DNA of 64,000 nt from Takakia lepidozioides (Eukaryota; Plantae; Bryophyta). The stretch covers positions 25,172,001 through 25,236,000 of the forward strand of contig CM060733.1 in NCBI GenBank assembly GCA_030704615.1, in the 5' to 3' direction. This document shows positions 35,975-48,447 of this stretch, piece after piece. The translations under genes were made by a program, and so were the position numbers. A model generated the notes under the pieces. It was not told the DNA's origin. It did not search any database and was given only the letters and a program-made list of their open reading frames with translations. Each line of letters begins with the position of its first letter. The first letter of the stretch is position 1.

Positions 35975-38900
35975 TTTCTTCCATTTTCTTGATCATTTCT
36001 CTGGTTTTCTATTGGCTGTATCCGCTGTGACTGGATTTTAACTTTTATCTTCTTTAGTGGACTTTCCCTGTTGGATAGTCCACTAGGATCACACATGCGA
36101 CATGAATTCAGCTTTTCTGTACTTGCCGTTCGTTCTGTTTCCCTTTTTCCGTATTCATTAATGGGCCCGCCTTTCATCCCATTTGACGGCCGTTCTTTTC
36201 CTCTTTCTTTTTGACACCTGTCCTTGCACTTCATTCTCTGCTGTGTGTCGCACCCTGACCTCCACGTGTCTATTTTTAAAGTAATTTCCGTTTCCTCTTC
36301 CGTCATCCATTTTCCTGAAGTTTTTATGTGTCCACTTGTCACTGATTCTATGGATCGTGTAACTTTAGTAGGCTGTGTTGAGCTGTGACAGGCTGTGTCA
36401 TACTGTGTTACCCTGTGATAGGCTGTGATGCACTGTGGTAAGCTGTGATAGGCTGTGACACGCTGTGGTATGTTGTTATAGGCTGTGTTGCGTCGTGATG
36501 GGCTGTGATAGGCTGTGTCACGTCGTGATGGGCTGTGGTTGGCTGTGTCACGTCGTGATGGGCTGTGATAAGCTGTGTTGCGCCTTGGCGGGCTGTGATA
36601 GGCTGTGTCACGTTTGTTTTGCCCACCCTGGTCGTATATGCTGGGCCTAGCAACAAGTGTTCCATACTCCGTTCGTAACACTGGTGCAGCCCGTGACTGC
36701 TCTTGCGGTTCAACATGCAAATCATGCTGCAGGGGTTTGTCATGGATACCACTGTACCCCTTCAACTTATTTGCATTGACTCTTCCCAGCATTTCTTTGT
36801 TAATGGTTTGTAACATGGCGGTGTTGTTATCATACATCTTTTGTATGACATAAGGTCCTTTCCACGGTGATTTGAGCTTAGAAGCTTGAATCTTTCCTTT
36901 CTTCTGCAACCATAGAACCAAATCCCCCGTCTTAAAAGTCTTTAACTTGCCTTCATCAAACTGTTCCTTTCGCTTCATCTGAATTCTGGTCATATTATCA
37001 GCTGCATCAGCACGTACTTCTTCCACATGGTATAATTCATGTTTCCTGACCTTGATGGAGTCTTGCAATTCCATTCTTTTTCCCCACTCCGTTCTCATGG
37101 TAGGTAACAGGAATTCCACTGGAAGTAAGGCTTCCATACCATAAACTAATTGGAATGGTGTATACTTAGTGGTGACTTTATATGAAGTCCTGTATGACCA
37201 CAAAGCTGTCAGCAGCTTTGTATCCCAATCCGTTCTGTTTGCATTGACTATCTTAGCCAAGATAGTACATAGTATTTTGTTGGTAGCCTCTGCCTGCCCA
37301 TTACCCTGTGGGTAATATGTTGTACTCTTTCTATGCACAATCATAAACTCTTTAGTCAACAACTCAATGGTCTCATTCATGAAGTGACTTCCTTGATCAC
37401 TGATAAATTCTAAGGGACATCCAAATCGTGTAAGTATGTTCTCGTACAGGAACCTTGCTGTGGACTTGGCTGTGTTGTCCCTCAAAGCTTTAGCTTCCAC
37501 CCACTTTGTAGTATAATCAGTGGCTGTAATTATGTACCTGTTTCGTGTATTCTTGGATGGTGGATTAATTGGTCCAACAAAGTCTAGTCCCCATTTCTGA
37601 AATGGTTCCGTAGGCATTGTAGGATGCAAGGCCATTCTTCCAGATCTCTGCAAAGGTCCTAGCCTCTGACATTCATCACACTTCTGACAATACTCATGTA
37701 CATCTTTGAACAAAGTAGGCCACCAGTATCCTGCGAGTAGTATCTTTCTACTGGTAGTCTCTTCTCCAAAATGACCTCCAGCCACTCCTTTATGAACTTC
37801 CTCCAAGACTTTATTTACTTCATGGTGGTACAAGCATCGTTTTAGTACTCCATCAGGTCCTAACTTATACATTCTGCTTCCTACCATAGTATAAGGTAAA
37901 GCTCTGATAGCAATTCTCTTCCTCTGCTCCTTACCATAACTAGGTGGGCACTGACCATGAGCAAGGTAGTATCTGATTGGCCACTGCCAATCTAACCATT
38001 CATCTGCACTTCCTTGCACCTCCATTACAAATAAACTCGCATCAGGTAACTGATCGTCCACTCCTGTGGCGGCCTCTCCTGTTGTTAGTCGTGACAAATG
38101 ATCTGCCACAAGATGCAAACGGCCAGGCTTGTAAATAACCTCGAACTCAAACTCATGCAAGATTATTAACCACCTCGCTATCCTTCCACTTATCAAAGGT
38201 TTGTTCACCAGATATATCAGAGCCTGGTGATCCACATAAAACATAAACTTTCTTCCCAATAGGTAATGCCTGAATTTCTTGACTGCATAAATCATTGCCA
38301 ATGCTTCTCTTTCCGTTGTACTATAGTTCCTCTCAGCACTGTTCATCAATCGGCTAGCATAGTACACAGGTGAATCTATATTTCCTGTAACATTCTGGGC
38401 TAACACCGCACCCAACGCTTCTCCTGATGCATCGCAGTGAACATGAAATACTACATGCCAGTGAGGGTTAATCAGCACAGGTGTAGTTGTTACTGACAGT
38501 GTAAGTTCCTCAAACGCCTGTTGACATTCAGCTGTCCAGGCAAACACTGCATCTTTCTTCAGAAGCTTGCTCAATGGTGCTGCTATTTGTGCATACCTTT
38601 TGACAAATCTTCTGTAATAACTGGTTTGCCCAAGGAATCTCCTTAAACTCTTAACATTCACTGGTGGTGGAGAGACTTTAATGGACTCTGTCTTCCTGGG
38701 ATCCACAAGAAGTCCCTTCTTACACACAATGTGTCCCAGAAGCACCCCTGAGTTCACACAGAAAGTACACTTCTCTGGATTCAAGCCCAGACCTCTCATC
38801 CTGCATCTGGCCAGGCATAACTCCAATTTATGCAAGTGCTCATTCTTAGAGCTGTACACACTGAAATCATCCAAAAACACCTGCATGAAATCATCCAGAT

Positions 38901-40464
38901 ACTCATGAAAAGATTCACTTATCACTCTCTGAAAGGTCGCTGGTGCATTACAAAGTCCAAAGGGCATGACTTTGTATGCATAAGCCCCCCAGTCTGTGAT
39001 GAAAGCTGTTTTCCCTTGGTCTTCTTCTGCCACTTGCACTTGATTATAACCACTGAAGCCATCCATGAATGAGTACATCTCATGGCCTGCCACAGTGTCT
39101 AATACTGCTTCTGTGAATGGCAAAGGGAAAGGATCTTTCTTCGTACAAGCATTCAGCTTCTTATAGTTCACACATACTCTTAGTTGCCATTCTTCTTTGG
39201 AACTATAACAATGGGTGACAACCAAGTTGTATACTCTATTGGGTATATAAACTTAGCCTCAGCCAACTTCTTTATCTCTTCTCCAACCTTCTGTGCGTAG
39301 TTGGGATTCATTCTATACCTCGCCTGCTTGATTGGTACTGACCCTGGTTCCAGTTCAATCTTATGCTGACAGACTTCAGGTGGTATCCCTTTTAGATCCT
39401 CATAGCTCCAAGCAAATACATCTCTGTATTTGATGAACAAGCTTTTAGCTTCTTCGAAGAATTCCGGCTCCAAATCAGCTCCTACTTTCACCATTCTCGG
39501 TTCCTCCTGAGTTCCCACATTTACTTCTCTCACCTGCTCATCAGCTGTGATTGTCCAACCAGTCACCACTTCATCCTTTAAGCTCACAGTGGCTGGTTCT
39601 TCTAGGATTTCTATCTCTCCCTCCTTTTCTTCATAGAAATGTGGTGGGTAACAGTTGGTTTCCTCTTCAATTGGTGTTGCCGACACTACACACACAGCAG
39701 ATACCTCTTAAACAACTTAGGCTTTCCAGCCGCATCTCCGCAACCTGCTCCCATTCTGGGTGTGCAGCAAATAGGGTAGCTTCCTGCTCCTCATCCAGTC
39801 CTCCTCTCCAGTCATACTCTCTGACTCCTCGAGGTCTTCTTGTAGCAGGTAATCTACTAGATTTCTTTGTGGTAATTTGTATCTCGTGCATCCCATTATG
39901 CACAGTTAGTAACTGAGAATTCCAGTCATGGAATACCCTGGCCTGTTTCAGCCACGGACGTCCCAATAATAAGGAGTAAGCCTCCATGACTTCATCCATT
40001 TTTAATACAGTTACTGTGATCATAAAGATCATTTTCTGTATCTGTATCTTAACTCCTCTTATTAATCCCAATGGCTGTACACTTCTTTGATCTGCCATTG
40101 TTACTGTAAATGGGGCTGGTTTCATGTTACTTAGACCAAGCTTCTTCCTTAATTGGTCTGTCATGATATTTACTCCAGAACCACCATCTATCAGTACATC
40201 AGTTAGTTCTGTGCTTCCAATTCTCAATTGGATTACTGGCATAGAATCATCAAAGTCCATGACTGGTTCTCGCCCTTCCGGCTTCACATTATAACTGGTC
40301 ACCTTGCTGTTCAGGTCTGTGTTTCCTGTTTCTTGGGCAATTCGATTGATTGCCTGATACAGCCTGTGCCTACAATAAGGTGCCACAGCTAATAGCTGTC
40401 CAATGGTAATTTCTGCTTTGGTCTGACATATTACTGCAGCCAAAGTCTCTTCATTACTTTGCAT
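35971..40464 (-). CDS. Element C pol (PR-RT-RH-INT-repeat linker); frameshifts at ~39690 and ~39190
   Basis: 1084-aa ORF with intact RT (FLDD), RH and INT motifs; PR in 39667-40464. Confidence 0.93.
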
Positions 40465-41512
40465 GTCTGCATCTTTTTTTTCCTTTCTTCCTCACTCCCT
40501 TCTTTTTCTCCATCCGAATCAGAGGAATCTGCCACAGGAATATCAGTACTCTTTTGCATTTCCCTTATAGTATCTGCCACTTCCTTGTGCAGTTCCTTCT
40601 CATCTTTTCCAAGTCTCTTCATCTTCAGGCATATCATTGCCACTTCCATTCTCATCTTCTTCCTCTTCTACTGGAGGTATTAGTTTGGCTTTACTTCTTG
40701 TTACTATCATATCATTGTACTTACTTCTGGTACAACACATGGCCTAACCATGTGAGCTGCCACCACTGGGCCCTCATTCACAGGAGCTCTCATCTCATTC
40801 TGGTGTCTTATCCAGAATGAACAGGCTGCCTTGCGATGTCCTGGCTGATTACAATAGTAACATAGCTCTTCACCATTGGGTCCTCGCCCTTGGTCTGTTC
40901 TTGGATTATTTCTATAATCCTGATTCCCGGCTGTAATTCCCCCTTGGATTACCCTGATAGTTGCCTCTGGAATTTCCTTGGTAATTCCCTCTTGAATTAC
41001 CTCTCCCTTCCATGCCATTGTTATAACCACCAGACCTACCATAGTGGTCCTGATCATTGTTTCTTCTTGGCTGGGGCTGCACCTGATGCACCCTTACTTG
41101 CCTAGGTTCTCTTGCAGCTGTCCTTCTGTTGTAGTAACAATTCTCAGTAGAATGGTTATCCATTTTACAGATAGTACAGTGTTTCTCCTTCATGTGGCAT
41201 TCTGTGTGTGGTATGGCCTTCATTCTGGCACTTTGCACACCATACACCCTTCCTCCAATGTGTTGCAGCCTCTGTGGCAATACTTCTTTCAAGATTTCTT
41301 CCAATTTTTTTTCCATAGTTATCCCTCTTCAAACTTCTCCTTTCTCTTACTCTTTCTTTTTAGTTCTTCTTTCTCTTCTTCTTCATCTGACTCATCCTCA
41401 GAGTCCTCATCTTCTTTTTTTTCTCTCTCCTGAGCATTCCCAAATTGCTCAATTCTGTTCGCATTTCAAATGTCCTCTTCGCACTGTATTATGGGGTACC
41501 ATATCCACTTTA
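40465..41512 (-). pseudogene. Element C gag, C-terminal part (many indels near the contig end)
   Basis: CTICKMDNHSTENC and CYYCNQPGHRKAAC knuckles, homologous to B gag. Confidence 0.85.
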
Positions 41513-42012
41513 NNNNNNNNNNNNNNNNNNNNNNNNNNNNNNNNNNNNNNNNNNNNNNNNNNNNNNNNNNNNNNNNNNNNNNNNNNNNNNNNNNNNNNNN
41601 NNNNNNNNNNNNNNNNNNNNNNNNNNNNNNNNNNNNNNNNNNNNNNNNNNNNNNNNNNNNNNNNNNNNNNNNNNNNNNNNNNNNNNNNNNNNNNNNNNNN
41701 NNNNNNNNNNNNNNNNNNNNNNNNNNNNNNNNNNNNNNNNNNNNNNNNNNNNNNNNNNNNNNNNNNNNNNNNNNNNNNNNNNNNNNNNNNNNNNNNNNNN
41801 NNNNNNNNNNNNNNNNNNNNNNNNNNNNNNNNNNNNNNNNNNNNNNNNNNNNNNNNNNNNNNNNNNNNNNNNNNNNNNNNNNNNNNNNNNNNNNNNNNNN
41901 NNNNNNNNNNNNNNNNNNNNNNNNNNNNNNNNNNNNNNNNNNNNNNNNNNNNNNNNNNNNNNNNNNNNNNNNNNNNNNNNNNNNNNNNNNNNNNNNNNNN
42001 NNNNNNNNNNNN
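41513..42012. other. Assembly gap (500 N)
   Basis: Run of N; different elements lie on each side. Confidence 1.
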
Positions 42013-43450
42013 GATGTGGTGTGCTGGACATGTGGAGGACCCCATGTCAAGAAGGATTGCCCAGAGGGAGGCAAAGGGCCGCACATGCACAGCCTGCACA
42101 GTTGCAGTGTGGGCATTGTGGCAAGCACGGGCATGGAGAGGCCCAGTGTTATGGTTTGCATCCTGAGTTGCGCCCAGGCCAGTTCCAAGGGAACAATGGT
42201 GGCCGGGGGCGAGGTGGAGCAGCCCAGAGAGGACGAGGTGGCCAGCCATGAGGCCAAGGGCAAGCTCAACGTGGCCAAGGACGCGGAGGTCAGGGTGTTG
42301 ACCAAGGCATGGCCAACCGGCTTCAGCAGCTAGAGCAGAGGCTCGCTGCCATGGCTACAGCTCAGGTGGTACCGGCTCTAAGGCCGGATGGTCCACCTCC
42401 TGCTCCTGAGGGAGGAGATATGGGAGGCATGGGATTCATGTGTGGAGCAGCACTACCACTAGTGCAGGTGGAGTCTGCTGCAGCCGTGACTCGAGGAGCA
42501 GCACGAGTTCCTGAGCCACGAGGTGCAGAGGTGGAGTTGGATCCACAGCGTGGGGAGGCAAGCCGTCAGGCTAGGCTTCCTCAGTCATTCACATTGGCGG
42601 AGACAGTGTCGACGCCATCCATGGCACCTAGTTCTCGCCCGACTGTTACCGAGGCGGAGGTTACTATGCCATTGGGGAGAGCTACACGGGTAGCACCACT
42701 ACCTAGTGTTGCCAAGGCTACGGCAGCTAGTGTGCTGCTAGGAGCGGCCACATCTGTGTGCCAGGCTCCATTGTTCTCGGCTACCATGATTGCGACGCCG
42801 GGGGTAAGACCAGCTGAGGTGTTCAGGCTGGCAGCTACACTCTGTGAGAGTGGGGAGGTTACTTCATCTTCTGCGGAGATAGTGGGAGGTGTAGTGCCGG
42901 AGGGATCCTCGGATTTGAGGGTCAAGACTGCCACGGCGGCGCCATGGCAAGCTGCAGCTGCCAGGTTGATGGAGCTGCCAGCTAGGCCAGCCATTGAGCG
43001 CGCCATGGTGACACCTGGAGTTGTCATGTTAGACAACCAGGATGGCATTTTCTGTTTGAGTGGACCGGCAGGCAAGAGGTACCACCGGCCACTGCGGTTT
43101 GTTGGACTCGGGAGCTCAGCCATTGATGCTGGGCAGAGCTGCTATTGCAGGCTTGGGCCTCACGGAGGCGGATATGGAGCCTTGTCCTTTCCAGATACAG
43201 ACGTCTCTGGGAGGATCGGAGCAGGCTCGGGGCATGACACGGCGTGAGTTGGCTATCAGACTACGGCCGGATCACCCTACAGATGGCTCAGTGATGCGAG
43301 CCAAGGCCATTGTGACAGACGCAGTCTCATACGATGTCCTGGTTGGTGGGGCAGTGTTGTACCCCATGGGCTTCACCCTGGATTTTTGGGGGAGTCAGCT
43401 TCCTATAGGCCTGCATGGCAGTCAGGGGAGGGCCGGCGTGTGCAGCTCCC
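42013..43450 (+). pseudogene. Element E gag C-terminus and aspartic protease (frameshifted)
   Basis: CWTCGGPHVKKDC and CGHCGKHGHGEAQC knuckles; AAAVTRG cleavage-like motif; LLDSGAQPLMLG…SYDVLVG protease motifs. Confidence 0.8.
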
Positions 43451-43815
43451 TGTGACGTTCATAGGAGGAGTTGCGGTTGCCCAGCGAGGCAAGATGCCGA
43501 CACTAGCAGCATTCACAGCGGCAGTGAGTTGGCCTAGAGAGTTGCTTGAGGGCAATGCTCATTCAGAGGATGTACCACCTCCGGGAGAGCAGGATGACAT
43601 GTATGGTATGGCGAGTTGCCTACCATGGTTGCTCAGACTCCATTGTGGGGCACGAGCAAGGATTTGCAGCGGGATGCTGATCGACGGGTGCAACAAGCCT
43701 GGGTGGAGGCTTTTGTACCGTCAGGAGAGGAGGAGAGTGTGGGGGATTGCACCAGGACCACCTCAATTGTCTCCATTGGAACACCACACCTATTGTGTGG
43801 CAGTATCCGGATGAA

Positions 43816-44770
43816 GGCATTTGTCTTCTGGACTTGTTTGGCGGGATCAGCACCGGATTGGCTGCTGTGTTACAAGCAGGTGTACGAGTTCGGCGTTACC
43901 TGTATGTGGAGAGGATGAGACTGCACGACGCGTTTCACTTCGCCATGTTGCTCAGTTGGTGCAGCGGTACCCTGAGTTGTTGTCGGTGTCTGCAATTCGT
44001 GGATATCAGCCAGCAGACATTTCGTTGCTGGGGGCGCAGGATTTGGAGCGGGTTGGCTCCATTGATCTGGTAGTGGCAGGTTGGCCCTGCCAAGGGCATT
44101 CATCAGCCGGGCATGGCAATGGATTGCGAGACTCGAGGTCGGGTCTGTTTTGGGAGATGGTGCGGGTTTTGCGCCACTTGCAGCTTCATCAAGCTGTATC
44201 TCCAGCATACATCTTGGAGAATGTGCCACTGATGGGCGATTCTCGGGCCAGGGTGATGGCCAGTGTGCATCAAGTCCGGTCGTGGCTTGGGTCAGCAGTG
44301 TTGCTAGATGCAGCTACAGTGGGGTCACGGGCTCATCGTCCACGGCTATGGTGGACTAACATGATGCCACCCGCACTGCTCAAGCGTGCATTTGATGGGG
44401 TGCAGCGGCCAGCACATCTCACAGTGGATAACATTCTGGACACAGGGAGGCAGTCTCAACGTGTGAGACACGATGACCGTTCGCCTTTGGCAGTGGTCAA
44501 CAAGGTGGGTCAACCACGAGCAGCATTACCTACACTGCTCAGCTTCCCAGGATCGCATGCTTTCCGGGATAGTGGACCTGGCCTCCTGTGGGATGCTCAG
44601 TTGCAGCAGTTAGTGGAGCCTAATGCTGACGAGCGTGAGCGGGCAATGGGTTTTACCACTGGTACCACGGCGGTGTCGTCTCTTTCTGAGGCATCACGTC
44701 GTCAAGTGTTGGGGCAAGCAATGGATCTCAATTGCTTGACCTGGATTATCAGCTTGGCTCTAGCTGAGCA
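43816..44770 (+). CDS. DNA (cytosine-5)-methyltransferase domain, DNMT3-like, retrotransposon-encoded (one frameshift at ~43912)
   Basis: Motif I LDLFGGISTG, II YLYVE, IV DLVVAGWPCQG, V SGLFWE, VI YILENV, VII LDA, VIII AHRPRLWWTN, IX ERERAMGF, X RRQVLGQAM. Confidence 0.93.
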
Positions 44771-45149
44771 ACGCAGAGTGCGGAATACACTTCCCTCAAT
44801 GGTCTCTCTGCCTACCGAGACGGTACAGGCAGTGAGTGGGGGCGAGCATATGAGGACCACGGGGTGCATGCATCCATGGCACACGTGGGAGGTGCTCGAG
44901 GTTCAGAGGGAGTTGGCAGCCAAGGCGGCTGTGATGGATGAGGTTGGGGATTCTTCTCGAGTTGAGGAGGTCCTCAAGGATGAGATGATGGGGCAGGATG
45001 ATGCCTTGTCATTGACTGAGCAGGTAGGGAGTACTGCTCAAGAGGTTGCAGCATAGCAACCACGGGACGCGTCCTCTACCTCTAAGCCCACTGGACTTAA
45101 GGTTGCAGTTACGGAGGACAATTGGGAGCCTGACATTGGACCCATTGTC

Positions 45150-48100
45150 ACCGGAGGAGAGAGACGACGTATACGGCGGTTCCTGAGGGCTTACAGGAAT
45201 TGCTTTGCCTTCAGTTTGAAGGACTTGGGAGCACTGAAGGGTCAAGAGATCCGTATTGAGTTGGCCACTGACACGCCAATCTTTCGGAGACCCTATAGAT
45301 ACAGTGACATGGAGAGGTCTTTGATTCAGATGAGGACTCAAGATCTCTGGGAGGCAGGTTTGGTGGAGCTCTCTGGTGGAGAGTATGCTTCAGCCACAGT
45401 GATGCCAGCCAAGAAGGATGTCTATGGCAATTGGACGGAGAGACGTATGTGCGGTGATTACCGGCCTGTAAATCGTCAGACCAAGTCCGATAAGTATGCC
45501 ATGCCAACACCAGAGGAGATCTTTGATGCCATCGGGCATGCTAAGGCCTTTAGCACTTTGGATTTACGATCCGGATATCACCAGTTGCCAATCAAGGAGG
45601 CGGACAAGCAGAAGACGACATTCTGGGGGATCAATGAGCACGGCAAGGATTGCCTATATCAGTGGCGGTTCTTACCATTTGGGCTTAAGAATGCTCCTGC
45701 AGAGTTTCAGAGAGTCATGGATAGGATTCTAGCAGGGGTGGACTTTGCTCGGTGCTACATAGATGACATCATCATCTTTAGTGTTACGATGGAGGAGCAT
45801 GAGAGACACCTTCAGGTGGTATTGGAGCGCTTGAGAGCGCACGGATTGAAGTTGCATCCGGGGAAGTGCAAGTTTTTCCACAACCAGATTGAGTATCTGG
45901 GTCACATGATATATCCTGGAGGATTGGGGTACAGCAGACTAAGGTAGAGGCCATTGCACAAATTCCACGCCCCACGGATGTGAGCCGAGTTCGAGCTTTC
46001 ATGGGGTTGGCAAACTATTATAGACGGTTTGTCAAGGGATTTAGTACCATTGCAAAGGCTCTAACCAAGCTGACCAAGGTGGACCAGGAGTGGCAGTGGG
46101 AAGATGAGCAGGAACGAGCTTTTCAAGAGCTCAAGGCGAGGTTGACCTCGGCGCCTATCCTGAGACGACCTATCAGGGGGCGTCCCTTTCAGCTGCATAC
46201 GGATTGGAGCATGCTGGGGCTTGGAGCGGTGCTCACACAGGTGGATGATGAGGGAAGAGAGTTCGTAGTGGCTTATGCTAGCCGCTCGAACAACGCTGCA
46301 GAGGCTAAGTACAGCTCATATGAGGGAGAGTGCTTAGCTGCAGTGTGGGCCGTGGCACACTTCAGGTGCTATCTATACGGCAATCTTTTCACCCTTGTCA
46401 CGGATCACCAGCCACTCAAGTGGTTGATGGAGTCAGACAAGCTTACGGGGAAGCTTGCACGGTGGGCACTCATACTCCAGGAGTATGACTTTCAGGTTGT
46501 GCATCGACCGGGTTTGGTCAATCGGGATGCGGATGGATTGAGTCGCAATCCATGCATGAGCCAGCAGGATGACACTGGAGCTCGGTGGCATGGTGAGACG
46601 GACGAGGAGATGGTGCCGGGATGGCACGCATCTGCATTTTTGTGTATCTTGGCATCGGGAGGTCAGGTTGGACCTACAACAGGGATGACTGTAGACGGAG
46701 TGTCTGAGGACCCTGAGGCTAGTGATGAGCCAGGTGGTGCCAGAGATATACATGAGGATTCGGCTGTGTTGGACTACCTCCGCACGGGAGACACGGCAGC
46801 CACTGTGACTGCCAGGGAGAGGGATCGGATCCTGCAACGAGCCAAGAGGTTCAAGTGGGAGGGGATACACCTACTTCGAGTGTGGGAGGATGGTCGGGTG
46901 AGGATTGTGCCTCACCCCACACAGCGTGCACGGTTAGTGCGGCATGCCCATGAGGAGTTGGGGCATTTTGGAGTGCGACGCACTCACAGTTTACTGCAGG
47001 GGCAGTATTGGTGGCGTGGTATGCATACAGAGGTGCAACAGTTCGTGGCTAGGTGCATGGTGTGTGACAGGGTGCGTGCTTCATTCAACGCCCCTACACC
47101 ACAGTTGCATCCTTTACCAATCATGGGATTGGGCTACAGGTGGAGTCTTGACTTCGCAGGACCGTTGCCACTGACTATGCGCCACCACAGATATGTGTTG
47201 GTGATGGTGGAGCACTTCTCCAAGTGGATTGAGTTGGTTCCATTGCCTGACAAGGCTAGTGAGGGGGCTGCGTATGCATTCTTGGATCGTGTGCTTAGCC
47301 GATTTGGTGCTCCAGCTGAGGTACTCACGGACCAAGGGAGAGAGTTCTTGGGGGAGTTTCAGGCTTTGTGTGATAAAGCCTTGATAGACCACCGCACCAC
47401 TTCTCGGGATCATCCTGAGGCCGATGGCTTGGCAGAGAGAGTTGTTCAGACGGTGAAGAGGGGTTTGCGCAAGTATGGCTTGCAGAAGGGACACCTAGGA
47501 GATTGGGATCTTCAGGTTCCTTGGTTAGCCATGGGCTACAGGTTCAGCAAAGCATCACTTGCCTCCTTCTCACCATATTTCCTTCTCTTTGGCCGAGAGC
47601 CGGATTTGCCTGCAGCCATTCGTAGGGACACTGCTCAAGTCCTTAACCTTGACGATCCGGACGTGTGGGTACGTGCATGTGATCAGCGTGCAGAGTTGTT
47701 CAAGAAAGTCATGCCCATGGCTTTTGAGAACCTTGCCATTGCACAACACCGTGATACGTTGAGGTATGCCACTATACGTGGTGGAGGATATCGTCCTGGG
47801 GTTCGGAGGTTTAGCCCTGGTGACTATGTTTATTTGCAGCAGACTGCTCCTACGACTCTGGATGTTACTGTAGGGCGTGTTATTCTGAGGGTTCGAGAGG
47901 TGTTGCCCTCAGGGGTCCTGATCTTAGAGGGTCGGGATGGCATGACTTGGAAGGACCATGTGCGTAATTGTGCGCCATGTCACCTTCCCAATGTCGATGG
48001 CAGAGTTGACCCAAACTTGGCAGTGGTACCTGCAGGTTTGAGGTGCATGCTCTGTGGGTCTGCCAAAGGGGCAGCCACCATGCTGGTGTGTGATCGATGC

Positions 48101-48187
48101 TCAAGGGGTTGGCATATGGGATGCTTGACACCACCTCTTGAGAAGGTTCCTGACGGAGATTGGTTGTGTCCACACTGCTTGGGATAG
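45150..48187 (+). CDS. Element E RT-RNase H-integrase-PHD (frameshift at ~45930)
   Basis: RRMCGDYRPVN, LDLRSGYHQ, LPFGLKNAP, CYIDD; LHTDWS, EGECLA, DADGLSR; HEELGH..CMVC, WSLDFAGP, TDQGREF, GLAERVV; PHD CMLC..CDRC..WHMGC..WLCPHC at ~48044-48178. Confidence 0.93.
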
Positions 48188-48447
48188 TGGCAGTGGACAT
48201 GACTGGAGGCAGCTAACAAGACATGGGAGGCCAAGCTCATAGGAGTCAATACATGAGATCCCAAGCTCAAGTTCACAGGTTGCAAGACGGCGACTAACGA
48301 TGGGGCAACTCTTGCACCCGGCCTCTTGATCTATCGAGTTTGAGTGTAGTAGGGATAGTGGTGGAGGACTTAGTGAGGCTATGGTCACTATCACATCTTG
48401 TGGCTACCTGGACTTAGAGGGACCTAAGCACCAGCTAGGGGGGCGAT

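Larger units (their letters stand above)
31065..41512 (-). mobile_element. Athila/OTA-like Gypsy element C, near-identical family member of A; 5' end lost in the gap
   Basis: 3' LTR 31065-32092, PPT, extra region, pol and gag C-terminal part. Confidence 0.94.

Noticed and set aside
41192-42333. Long ORFs spanning 41.2-42.3 kb
   Set aside because: Artefacts of translating the 500-N gap; the two sides belong to different elements on opposite strands.
43816-44770. MTase as a bacterial restriction-modification gene or a host DNMT3/DRM gene
   Set aside because: No cognate nuclease or operon, no introns or host N-terminal domains evident, motif order not permuted, and it is embedded collinearly between PR and RT of one polyprotein.
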